From positions 114,381-178,380 of the forward strand of contig VRVR01000056.1 in NCBI GenBank assembly GCA_009859145.1: a stretch of DNA of 64,000 nucleotides, in the 5' to 3' direction. Origin of the DNA: Andalucia godoyi And28. Taxonomy: Eukaryota > Protista > Jakobida. The notes under the pieces were generated by a model. It was given only the letters and a program-made list of their open reading frames with translations. It was not told where the DNA came from and searched no databases. Below, in pieces: positions 9,025 to 19,002 of the stretch. Position 1 is the stretch's first letter. Each line of letters begins with the position of its first letter. A program made the translations under genes and the position numbers.

Positions 9025-12000
9025 TCATCCATGGGAAGTGGCAGCATAGAACTTCAAAACCTTGACCGCATAGTCTCGATCGGTGGCAGAGTCGGCAATG
9101 AAAAACATGACCTGGTCATCCGGCTTCGACTGCCCAACGAACCGCAACGTGAACCCGCGCGATTCCTCATCCGGGGTAAGGCCCGCCTTGCGTCGGATGC
9201 TCTGTAAGCCGGCGACATGGTCGAACCACCGATCCAACACATATGACTTGGTCTTCTTCTTCTTCTCGTCTTGTGCAACCGTGCATAGGAAAGCACTACC
9301 ATTCGAATACAAAGAAAACTGAACAAACTGCGAGATCAACTTGCCCTTTCCAGCCTCGGAAAACCGCTGGACTGCAATCCAATCTGTCGGCAACACCGAT
9401 GGATCACGCGGATCATTCACCGCAGCTGCGCGGGGAGGCGATCCCGAGCGACTCTCCTTCACCGACAAATTCTGCATGCGATCTGGCAAGCCATCCTCTG
9501 CGGAAACTGCGGCGTTTTGCTGTTGCTGTTGCAGCTTCTTGCTGTTCTGTGCGGCAGCCTTCGCCCGTTCTTCCTCTTCCTCCCTGGCTTCTGCTTCAAT
9601 CTCTGCTCGAGCCTTTGCCAGGGCTCTGGCTTCAGCTCTTGCTTGCGCCCGGGCCAAGGCTTCAGCCTCCGCCTGCACACGAGCTTCTTCCTCTGCCTTC
9701 AGTCGTGCCTCTTCCTCCTCCTTGCGAATCGCCTCCAATCGTGCCTCTTCTGCAAGCCGTTCTTGCTCGCGCGCCTCCTCTTCCGCCCGACGGAGGCGCT
9801 CTTCTGCTTCGCGCTGTGCAGCCTCTTCTTGCGCGCGTTTTTCCTCGCGTGCCGTGTGAATGCGAAGAGCATTCTGTTCTTGCAGAGATGCACCTGCCTC
9901 CGCGCTCACAAGAGCAGTAATGGCCATAAGCCACGCACGCATAATCAACACGGAATCGCATTCGAGGTACACCGTATCCGATTCTCCAAACGTTGAGACA
10001 GTCAATGACCGCGATTCAATGTCATCCGACACATTCGGCACATTGTCTCGGATGCCTTGGCGGACACCCGTGATCGTAATGAACTTCTTTTTCCCGCCGA
10101 TGAACAGCTTCTTTCCGTCAATGTCCACGTGGAATTGGATCCTCTTCGGTTTTCCTTTGCCCTTCTTCGCATGCTGACTGAGTTCACAGCCTCGCTGAAC
10201 CACCAGTCTGCATCGGACAATGTCATCCGAAATGTCATCCATCACCAAGTCCGCTCCGGCGCCAGTTACTTCAATAGGCTGAGACGCGGCTGCGGCACCA
10301 GTCGTGTTCGACGGGGACGGCGGGTTACTTGCATTCGAGCCTTGTCGTCTTCGGAAAATAGAACCTTTCCTCTTGGACTGCACAACCGAGCTCGACGTGG
10401 ACCTTGCCGATTCCGAAACCACAGAACCTGTTTCGTCGTTCATGTTGGATTGGCGATCTGCATCCCCAATGCCACCATATTCAGAATCGCATGTTGATAC
10501 CACGTGCTTCAGCGCATGATACCAGGCATTCCGATCCTCCAAATCTTTGCAAATCAAATTCAGCGATTCATCCTCGTCTTGCACAAGCTCAAGAACAAGC
10601 TCGCGATCGCCATCCCCATTGTCAGCTGCACAAATCTCCACGGAAGAGTATTGTACTCTCCTCTCCGACTTTGAAGAAGCTGTCTGAGAGTCGCGCCAGC
10701 GCAATACAGGAGCATCTTTGTCCATATAAAACCATCGCTTGTGCGGCTTCCCTTTACCACCCTTCGTTCGCTTCTCCAAGTACCCTTCACGCGCATACTG
10801 GGAAGCGACTGGTGGCGCCGCCTGCTTGGCTGCCGCTGGAGAACTTTGCGCTTGTGGACTCACTGCTGGACGAGTCTCGGATTCCTTGGTCACCGCATGG
10901 TTGTGGCGTTGCAGCGCATCCAAGGTAAGTCCTCCTCCGCCGCCAGGACTAGCCGCGCTGCTCGACGGTGATGCCATCGCCTCTGCGTCATCGAGGTCAT
11001 CAAGGCCTGGGTCATCGTCGCCTCCCATGAGGTCTTCCAAATTAGCTGCACGTGCCCCGCCGTCCAGTTCAGTTGGCGCATCTGAATCAAAAGATCCTTG
11101 CTTCTTATGCTTCGGTTTCTCAGGAGTCGCAGACTTGGTGCGGTCCGCATTCCGAATGGCAACTTGCAATCCCTTTACCCAGGCGTCTCTTTCGGTATGC
11201 GAAGAACACAGCAGGATAATGTCACCCATCTTACCGGCACACTTCACAATCAAGGATAATGGACGGTTCTCTGCTTCCGTGACCTCGGAGGATGAGGTGT
11301 TGCTGCATGGAAGCACAGCGATCATGACGCCTTTCCGAACTCGTTTCGCACCCTTGGTGTCGCCCCAGCACAGCAAGCCCTCCGGCATCTTGGCAGAGAA
11401 GAATCGAGGATGGGGCTTTCCTTTCCCTCCCTTTGTGTACTTGCTCAAATACGCACCATCACACACAGTGATAAACTCCGGAGACGCATCCGACTGCGTC
11501 CGAGGTCGCAAGAACCCGGCTTCGCCGCCGCCGCCGCCACCGCCCTTCCCGACAGCAGAACCGGCATAGACGGATTCGGCTACCGTGTCCCCAGAGCCGC
11601 CTGTGGATGTCGACGCAGCATCATCACCGGCACCTCCAGCGCCTCCAGCTCCCCACAATGCTCGCATTGCGCGATCCGCAAAGGTCAGCGTCGATCGTTC
11701 TGAATCTTGCTTCTCGCAAACGAGCTGAATGGCGTCAATCCATCGAGCAACAACGTCAATAGTAGGGGCAACAACATAAACATCTTCTCCATCCGCACAC
11801 TTGACCGTGAATGCTCGGCGTTCTATATCCGGGGTCACGCCATCGATCTCAACCTTGCGACCAAATCCACGGAGAATGCCGACCATTTTTGCCTTTCGCC
11901 ATTGCTTGGACATTTTTGTGTCGGCCCACTTGATTTGCCCACGAGGAACTTCAACCTTGAAGTATCGCGAATGCGGCTTTCCCTTCCCACCCTTGGTGTA

Positions 12001-14049
12001 CTTCATCATCTGCGATCCTTCGGTAACAAAGGAAAGAAGCATGTGCTCGCGTTCCTGCTGCGACAATACGACACCGTCTTCACCACTTTCCGAATGAAAA
12101 CCATCTCGTGTAGACGCATCGGCACCATGGGAGGGACTTTCGCCAGCTCCAGACGCATGACCGCCGGCACCATTTCCGACAACAGCAATGTTGGAAAGAG
12201 ACTGATTCTGGCGGGAGGTAATAACGTAGTCTAGACCCTCAATCCAGTTGAAGAACGCTTCATCATCTTGGACTGTGACCATCAAATCGCCATCGCCCCC
12301 ATTGTTCTTGATGGTAAACGATTTTGACATCAAGTTGGCAGCGATGGGTACATCAACCTTGGGCTGGACACCCGTAATCAGCGCCTGCTTGAATCTTTTT
12401 GCGGTCTTCTTGTCTGCCCATGCAATCAATCCAGTTGCGACCGAGACCCTGAAGAATCTCTTATGCGACTTTGCAGAATTAGGCTTTGCATACAGCAGCA
12501 TCTCGGATCCTTCCTCGATGTACGCCAGAGCGGTCTTCTGCGCTTCTGTCGGTCCTTGCGGCTCCGCACTAACTGCGGCCGTCCCCGCTTGTCCATCAGC
12601 CGCACCCAGACTGTTCTGGATTTGAGAGCTGTTCTGAGACGATCCCTTTGTGGGGCTGAGATACCTCTGGTTGTCGCTCTGGAACTTCTTCAAAGGAGAC
12701 CGTTCGTCCGCAGCTGCTACTCGGGCTTCCCACACCTGCCTTGTCTTCTCGACACGGGTCTCAAGCTTCGGATTCTTGAGAAGCTTCTTTGCATCTCGAT
12801 CTGCACGAAGAGAACGTTCACGTTTCTGCAACACAGCCTTTTTGCGCGTTTCCTCCGCTTGAAGCTCCGCCTGCTCGCGCTGCAGTCGCTCCTGTCGCTG
12901 CCACTGCAGTGCATACGCCATTCGCTTCCTGTCCACCGCAGAGCCCCCCGTGACATTCGATCCAGCATTGCTGCCTGGTGTCAGCAGCAGTCTCTTCCCC
13001 GGTGTCCTGTTTTGCTTGTCGGCATTTGCGGACCCAAGGGGACTTGCTGGAGTGCGGTCTGCCTGCATCGGAGACAACGGCATCCCGGGAGTTGCGCCCG
13101 ATCCTTCACCACCCGCGGCAGCGTTGGGCGATGCAGCAACCGGGGAGCCTGGCGCATCAAGCGCTGCATCAATCGAGAGCCGGCCTTTTTGAATTTCCAG
13201 CTCTCGGATTCTGATCCTACGAGCCGCGATAGCCTCGTTCTTTTCCTTTTGCTTCTGCACAAGCCACTTTGATTTTTCCACCAACTTTTCAATCTTTTCT
13301 CTGCGATCTCTCTCTTGCGTCTTTTGCAGCTGTCTTAGTCTTCTCTGAATGCGCTTCTCTCGCAGGTAGTCTTCCTTCAATGCCAGGGTCCGCATCAAAT
13401 CAGAACGCTCACGCTCTTCTGCAGACAATTTAATATGCGCCGACGGCTTTGCGCGGAACGTATACGAATACGCGAGAAACGGAGTCTGCCAGTCATCGTC
13501 GGAAAAGTAGTCTCGCAAAGACGTGTCTGTTCGCGGAGTCGTGGCGCCCGACGACGAGCCCATTGCCGCATACGACGACGGATACAGCGAGTGCGAAGTC
13601 GTCGATGGCCCAACGTCTGAATGATACCCCGAGGACGCCGAGCGAAGAGGCAGCATCGGAACAACCGCCGGCCGTCCTCCGCTGCCATGACCACCCCCAG
13701 CCACCTGCCCATTGCCCACACCCATGCTGCTGCTGCTGGAGTGGCTTGGCCCGAAAAACGATGCCTGTGAAAACGAAGAGCCCGATGCATTGCTGTTGTT
13801 ATTATTGCTGTTGCTGTTGCTGTTGCTGTTGTTGTTGTTGTTGTTGTTGTTATGAGGAGGGGGATGAAGACCGGGCTTAGAGGGCTCTGGAGAGGCAGAC
13901 TCGTACTTTGCAGCCTTTCGCTGACGCCGAAAGTCCCGCAGCAGGTCCTCGGAACCCATTTGCGCCCACTCAAGATTTGCTCGAAGCTGCGCACGAAGAT
14001 CATCCAGCTTCTGCAGATTCACAGACGGACGACGACCCGACATTTCCAC
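9025..14049 (-). CDS. 1674-aa protein with six PH-like domains, two coiled coils and low-complexity linkers
   Basis: Repeated EG(S/Y)xxxKYTKGGKGKPHxRxF...W-x-x-[AG]-[LI] units. Poly-Asn and E/A/R-rich coils. Confidence 0.8.
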   Translation of the reverse strand: MEMSGRRPSVNLQKLDDLRAQLRANLEWAQMGSEDLLRDFRRQRKAAKYESASPEPSKPGLHPPPHNNNNNNNNSNSNSNSNNNNSNASGSSFSQASFFGPSHSSSSSMGVGNGQVAGGGHGSGGRPAVVPMLPLRSASSGYHSDVGPSTTSHSLYPSSYAAMGSSSGATTPRTDTSLRDYFSDDDWQTPFLAYSYTFRAKPSAHIKLSAEERERSDLMRTLALKEDYLREKRIQRRLRQLQKTQERDRREKIEKLVEKSKWLVQKQKEKNEAIAARRIRIRELEIQKGRLSIDAALDAPGSPVAASPNAAAGGEGSGATPGMPLSPMQADRTPASPLGSANADKQNRTPGKRLLLTPGSNAGSNVTGGSAVDRKRMAYALQWQRQERLQREQAELQAEETRKKAVLQKRERSLRADRDAKKLLKNPKLETRVEKTRQVWEARVAAADERSPLKKFQSDNQRYLSPTKGSSQNSSQIQNSLGAADGQAGTAAVSAEPQGPTEAQKTALAYIEEGSEMLLYAKPNSAKSHKRFFRVSVATGLIAWADKKTAKRFKQALITGVQPKVDVPIAANLMSKSFTIKNNGGDGDLMVTVQDDEAFFNWIEGLDYVITSRQNQSLSNIAVVGNGAGGHASGAGESPSHGADASTRDGFHSESGEDGVVLSQQEREHMLLSFVTEGSQMMKYTKGGKGKPHSRYFKVEVPRGQIKWADTKMSKQWRKAKMVGILRGFGRKVEIDGVTPDIERRAFTVKCADGEDVYVVAPTIDVVARWIDAIQLVCEKQDSERSTLTFADRAMRALWGAGGAGGAGDDAASTSTGGSGDTVAESVYAGSAVGKGGGGGGGEAGFLRPRTQSDASPEFITVCDGAYLSKYTKGGKGKPHPRFFSAKMPEGLLCWGDTKGAKRVRKGVMIAVLPCSNTSSSEVTEAENRPLSLIVKCAGKMGDIILLCSSHTERDAWVKGLQVAIRNADRTKSATPEKPKHKKQGSFDSDAPTELDGGARAANLEDLMGGDDDPGLDDLDDAEAMASPSSSAASPGGGGGLTLDALQRHNHAVTKESETRPAVSPQAQSSPAAAKQAAPPVASQYAREGYLEKRTKGGKGKPHKRWFYMDKDAPVLRWRDSQTASSKSERRVQYSSVEICAADNGDGDRELVLELVQDEDESLNLICKDLEDRNAWYHALKHVVSTCDSEYGGIGDADRQSNMNDETGSVVSESARSTSSSVVQSKRKGSIFRRRQGSNASNPPSPSNTTGAAAASQPIEVTGAGADLVMDDISDDIVRCRLVVQRGCELSQHAKKGKGKPKRIQFHVDIDGKKLFIGGKKKFITITGVRQGIRDNVPNVSDDIESRSLTVSTFGESDTVYLECDSVLIMRAWLMAITALVSAEAGASLQEQNALRIHTAREEKRAQEEAAQREAEERLRRAEEEAREQERLAEEARLEAIRKEEEEARLKAEEEARVQAEAEALARAQARAEARALAKARAEIEAEAREEEEERAKAAAQNSKKLQQQQQNAAVSAEDGLPDRMQNLSVKESRSGSPPRAAAVNDPRDPSVLPTDWIAVQRFSEAGKGKLISQFVQFSLYSNGSAFLCTVAQDEKKKKTKSYVLDRWFDHVAGLQSIRRKAGLTPDEESRGFTLRFVGQSKPDDQVMFFIADSATDRDYAVKVLKFYAATSHG

Positions 14050-14558
14050 AATCTATCACCACCACGACAAAAACGACAGACAAATCACAGTGTGCACAGA
14101 ATTATGCTCAGAAACAACACACACACACACACACAAATAAAAAATAAATAAAAAGAGAGAGGGCGAGAGAGAGAACGAAAGTAACACTCAGAAGCAAAGC
14201 CCAAGGAAAAAATCTGACTGTGCATGATGATCATCATGCGGTGTTGAGCGTTCAGCCGTTTGAGGGGACGGGCTCTTGACCTTGCATTTTCAGCATCACG
14301 TGATGCCACACCGTTCTCCGCTGCCATGCCTCCCCCGCACTTTGCCTGCGGAGAGTGAGCACGTGTGTGTGCTGGGAGGTTTGAATAAGTATATAAGTAT
14401 ATAAATATATATATATATATTTCCACTTCCGATGGGGATTTCCGTTGGAGGTTTCGCTGGTTGCTGGTTTTCTTCTGGTAGCTTGTGCAATCGCAAAAGA
14501 CAAGAATTAAGAATTTTTGTAGTTAGAACACCTTGGATTAGTCTGAGAGTGCTGTGAG

Positions 14559-16016
14559 GTGTGGATGATGGATCGCAGGTTCTTTTTATTAGTGGGGTTA
14601 TTGTGCAGTGTGCTTTGGTTTGCATCGTGTGTTGGAGCGAGTCGGACGGAGCTTTCAGATTCTGGGGAAGCAGACCGCATCACATCGCTTCCTGGCGTAT
14701 CATTTGATCTGCCGTCTCGTCAGTACTCGGGGTATTTGCAAGTGTCTGAAACCCGGAGGCTCTTTTATTGGTTTGTGGAAGCGGAGATCGATCCTGCGAA
14801 TGCGCCGCTGATTAACTGGGAAAACGGCGGACCTGGATGCTCGTCCGTGTCTGGGCTTCTGACGGAAAACGGCCCGTTTCGCCCCGCGGCGTCTTCACGA
14901 CATGCGTCCATCGATCCGCTGAGCATTGAGCTCGAGTACAACGAAGACACGTGGACTCGGAACTACTCGGTCCTGTTCATCGAGTCACCAGCATTTGTGG
15001 GCTTCTCGACGTCCACGGATCCGCATGATGCAGTGGTCGGTGATGCACGGACGGCACAGGACATGTACAATGCTCTTGTTGCTTTTGTTGCGAAGTTCCC
15101 TCGGTATGCGAACCGGGACTTGTGGATCTCCGGAGAGTCGTACGGAGGACACTATGTCCCGCAGCTCACGCAACTGATTGCGCAGTCCAAGGCGCAGCCC
15201 GCATCGCAGAGCATGCAGCTGCAGCTGAATCTGAGGGGATTTCTCGTCGGAAATCCCTGGACGCATCCGTCATACGACGCACGCTACGGCGAGCTTGGAA
15301 CTTGGTTTTCGCACCAGGTCATCGATTCTGCAACGTATGCCGCCATGGTCCAGCAATGCGATTTCTCCAAGGGACTGCCTCCTGGCGACGGATCGGCCTG
15401 CGACACGCTGTATGCGCAGGCGATGCAGCAAGCCGGGAACATTGATTTGTACAACTTGTATGAGGATGTGTGTCTGAGCACATCGAAGAGGGCTGGATTG
15501 ATGAACTTCAATCCCGCGGCCGCACTTGCAGTGTCGAGGTATGCCCCGCAGCCCACACCGCCATGCATCGATGTGTGGACCGAGGCGTACATGAGCCGCG
15601 CAGATGTGCAGTACGCACTCCATGTTACCCCGACGCTGCAGTCCGAAGGTGTGAAGTGGGTCGAGTGCACCTCTGCGCTGAACTACTCGATGACTGACTT
15701 GCTGACTCCCGTGGTTCCCGTCTGGACAGATCTCATTGCCAACTATGGTTCCCTCCGCATGCTGGTCTACTCGGGAGACGTGGACTCGGTTGTCGGGACT
15801 GCCGGTACCCGAGCCTGGATTGAATCTGCCCTGAAAGCCCAGGTAAAGAGACCCTGGACAGGCTACCTTGTCGATGGCCAGGTTGCCGGCTACTCTGTTG
15901 TCTATGACGGCCTGACATTCGTCACTGTCCGCGGCGCTGGACACATGGTCCCGTCCTTCCAAGCACACAGAATGCTCCACGTCCTCCATTCCTTTATCAA
16001 CAACATTGACTTTTGA
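14559..16016 (+). CDS. Serine carboxypeptidase, family S10 (secreted)
   Basis: QYSGYL, LFYWFVEA, WENGGPGCSS, FIESPAFVGFS, GESYGGHYVP (Ser), YSGDVDSVV (Asp), TVRGAGHMVP (His); signal peptide. Confidence 0.95.
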   Translation: MWMMDRRFFLLVGLLCSVLWFASCVGASRTELSDSGEADRITSLPGVSFDLPSRQYSGYLQVSETRRLFYWFVEAEIDPANAPLINWENGGPGCSSVSGLLTENGPFRPAASSRHASIDPLSIELEYNEDTWTRNYSVLFIESPAFVGFSTSTDPHDAVVGDARTAQDMYNALVAFVAKFPRYANRDLWISGESYGGHYVPQLTQLIAQSKAQPASQSMQLQLNLRGFLVGNPWTHPSYDARYGELGTWFSHQVIDSATYAAMVQQCDFSKGLPPGDGSACDTLYAQAMQQAGNIDLYNLYEDVCLSTSKRAGLMNFNPAAALAVSRYAPQPTPPCIDVWTEAYMSRADVQYALHVTPTLQSEGVKWVECTSALNYSMTDLLTPVVPVWTDLIANYGSLRMLVYSGDVDSVVGTAGTRAWIESALKAQVKRPWTGYLVDGQVAGYSVVYDGLTFVTVRGAGHMVPSFQAHRMLHVLHSFINNIDF

Positions 16017-16123
16017 TCCCCGTGTCATTTCCTTCTCGGCGTCGCGCAAGTCCCACCCCTGTAGTAAATGAAAAAACAATGATGGGTGAACCGTTTACTG
16101 CGGCACACCCCGAGGTTTTATAG

Positions 16124-16384
16124 AACTCTCCAACCCAAACGTCTGGTGGACGGCTGTGAATATATCTTAGGATCGTATGGCTGAGTTGGCAGCGGTCGGC
16201 ATTGATGCTGAATGAAGGCCGACCTTTCTCCCCTGCAGAATGCTGTTACCGGTGGCGGCAGGTCGAGCCCCAATGAGACACTGTCGGATATTGACAACCG
16301 ATTTCCTTGTAATCGATGAAAGGCGTTGATGCTGACTGTAAAGGTCCCCTTTCCGCCAAATAAGAGGTTTTGGGTTGGAGGGTT
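16124..16384. mobile_element. MITE-like element, copy 1 (about 260 bp, about 17-bp terminal inverted repeats)
   Basis: Left AACTCTCCAACCCAAAC, right GTTTTGGGTTGGAGGGTT. The interior aligns by eye with the reverse complement of 55149-55378. Confidence 0.75.
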
Positions 16385-16639
16385 TCTACTTTAAAAGCGA
16401 AACCTTCGTCGTCTACTTTTTATTCTTTGGTCTTTCTTCCTCCTCTTGGCTTATGCACATGAATAATCACCTCGTCGTCCGTAGAACAATGGCGACCAGG
16501 TTTCATGCGGTGCAAAACAGCGACGCCACCTGCCTGATTCCCCCCTGCGTGCTTTTTTGAGCATTGCTTGAGGGATGAAGACCAGTGGAGGACTGCGGAT
16601 TCACGTTCAACAGGCTTTCTGATGTATTATTCATTTATA

Positions 16640-17490
16640 TGCAAGTTTCCTGATCTGGCGTTTTGCTGTGACGGATTCTTGGTCCATTCAGATTGTTTCT
16701 CGCGAATCTGCAGTCACACCCTCTTTTCCCACCCAGTTCGTTAGTTTTATACTCTCTCTCTCTCTCTCTCTTTCTCTCCTGTCACACACGCACACACATA
16801 CAGACACACACACGTATGCATACATACCGGTTGGGACAAACTCTGATTCGCCTGCACAATGCACGTTACAGTTCGTACCTTACCCAACACCGCGTATGGT
16901 TGCTCCGAGGCAGCGATCGGATCGTTGCAATACAGACGTCTGACTAGGCTGTCCTTATCGTCCATCCGCACTTGGCCATCACATCGCACAATTCTCCTCT
17001 CCGGCAGTTTCTGCAACTCGTGGCCGCATCGACAGCACACCGTTGAAGTGTTCCGCTCATCCACTGCAATGGTCTTAAAGTAACGTGCGAAAATGCCTTT
17101 TCTCATTGCTGATGTCGGTACACTCGCCACACCCTTCTGCCATGCGATGCAGAACCAGCGTCGCCACCGTCGGTCGTCGATCGTCAGTATTTCACAAACC
17201 TTTTCAAGAGAACAGATCCAATGTTTGCCGTTTGTGAATAAACATGTCCATCCTTGCAAGTCCACATGCAACTGATCAATTGGTTTTGTACAAACCTTCC
17301 ACCTGACTGTTCCAAAAACAATCGAACTCTGTTTGCGAAAATCGCACAGTCTGTATGAGAGAGCACCGGCAAGAAATCCAGAGTCGAAGAATGTACCATT
17401 CGCTGCATGAGCGCACACCCGTTCTCGCGAGCATCGCCACAGTAGAAAATGATTTTAAATAAATAAGGATGGATCCGCCGTGGACGATGT
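16640..17490 (-). pseudogene. Degenerate Fanzor/TnpB (IS200/IS605-derived RNA-guided nuclease) C-terminal remnant
   Basis: GGDAGSASHG (frameshift) KGVASVPTSAMRKGIFARYFKTIAVDERNTSTVCCRCGHEL matches the Fanzor G...P...VDE..TS..C..C RuvC-II/Zn-finger block. Upstream SEWY/DSGF segment. Several frameshifts. Both boundaries are approximate. Confidence 0.7.
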
Positions 17491-17895
17491 TACTTACATG
17501 GCTCCTGTATCGTTGGGGAAAACCGCTCGTTCATTGTGTGGTTGGAGGCGTGGGGAGATGCAACATTCAGCTACTCCTCCTTGCAATCGTGGTGAACTTG
17601 TGTCGTCCGCATCCTCTTGTGTGGCGGCTTGTTTTATACGCCGGCGATACTTTGATATTCTTTGGTTTTTTAATACTTTACATCGAGTTTCCTGGGAGAC
17701 ACAAGCACAGTTTGGCGAGTGCCGGCAAAAAGACCAGCAAGAAAAGGTGAGTGCACTTACTGTAATGAAATCGAATGGGACGCCGGATGATGCGCCCTAC
17801 CGTGGATTGAGGAAACGGGCTGGAGCCTTTAGAGCTTTGAGGGTTTACGGAGGGCGTGTGCGTGTGCGTGTGCGTGTGCGTGTGCGTGGGCGTGG

Positions 17896-18786
17896 ATGCC
17901 ATTGAGAATGGAGTTGGGATCGATGGGACTTGGGGCAAAAAGGGTCGAGATTGAGGGTAGAGTGGTGTGTATCGGGGATGTGCATGGGCGCGTGGCCAAG
18001 GTGCAAGAGCTGTTTGGACACTTGCGAACGAAGCTTGTGGATTTCGACGACTATAGCGTTGTTTTCATGGGAGACTACTGCGACAGGTTTTCAGGGACGC
18101 GGGAGACGCTCGATTGGTTCGTGGCGCTGCAGCGAGATCGTCCAAAGACGTATTTCCTGTGTGGAAACCATGATTTGGGAATGATGGCGTTTCTGCAGGT
18201 GTTTTCGGTTCCCGAGGAGATCCGGGTGCGCCAGGAGCGGACGTTCCCTACACCGGACCAGTTGTACTGTGGGCCAGGTTATGAAACGATGCACTTGCAA
18301 GGCAGAAGATGGGGCTTCCTGCCAAATAGCATTTACAGCGCAAGCCGAACGCTCACGAGCTACGGGCTGTCACCTACGGATGGCGAGGCGTTCCGAGCGG
18401 CTGTTCCACAGTCGCATCGTGAGTTTCTCAGAGATCTTCCGTGGATCATTGAGCATCCGTGCTTTTTGTTCATCCACGCGGGGCTTGAGGAGCTCCGCAA
18501 TGTGGACGAGCAGGTTGGCGAGCTGCAGAGGAGAGATGTGCACATTGCGCGCGTGGATGGACTCAGCTCTCGGGACTGCGATGGCTTGCCAAAGGACGGG
18601 CGATGGGTCGTTTCGGGCCATGTGCAGGTCGCCAAGGTCCGCGCCGAGCAAGGAAGGCGCAGATGGCTTGTGGACACTGCTGGAACGACGGAAATGGAAG
18701 AAAACAGGTTCAGTGCGCTGGTTATGGATCCCGCGCATCTGGAGCGCGTGCGCATCATCACCATGACTGCCGATTATGAAATGTAA
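17896..18786 (+). CDS. RLPH2: Rhizobiales-like PPP phosphatase (RLPH/Rhilph), RLPH2-like
   Basis: GDVHG, GDYCDR, GNHD, HAG, SGH motifs plus GPGYETMHLQGRRWG and SIYSA, resembling the plant RLPH2 insert. Confidence 0.8.
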   Translation: MPLRMELGSMGLGAKRVEIEGRVVCIGDVHGRVAKVQELFGHLRTKLVDFDDYSVVFMGDYCDRFSGTRETLDWFVALQRDRPKTYFLCGNHDLGMMAFLQVFSVPEEIRVRQERTFPTPDQLYCGPGYETMHLQGRRWGFLPNSIYSASRTLTSYGLSPTDGEAFRAAVPQSHREFLRDLPWIIEHPCFLFIHAGLEELRNVDEQVGELQRRDVHIARVDGLSSRDCDGLPKDGRWVVSGHVQVAKVRAEQGRRRWLVDTAGTTEMEENRFSALVMDPAHLERVRIITMTADYEM

Positions 18787-19002
18787 TGAGAACGAAAACA
18801 TGGTGCCGATTCCAGTGATCAAAGCAACAACAGCAACATTGATGATGATGATAATAGTAATAACGATGAAGAACTAACTGTACAATATGTGTGCTGCATG
18901 ACGGAGACGCGAGGTACGCACCAAACGGCGCGGGAGGCAGCAGAAACAAGAAAACGAAATGAATGGATGATGATGATGATAAGGAGGAAGACGCATGCGG
19001 AG

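Noticed and set aside
16371-16384. GGGTTGGAGGGTT as an interstitial telomere
   Set aside because: Not a tandem array; better explained as the MITE terminal inverted repeat.
16850-16881. 32-nt GT...AG segment in the Fanzor remnant as a mini-intron
   Set aside because: The confirmed introns here are about 145-240 nt, and removal does not clearly restore a motif without another frameshift.
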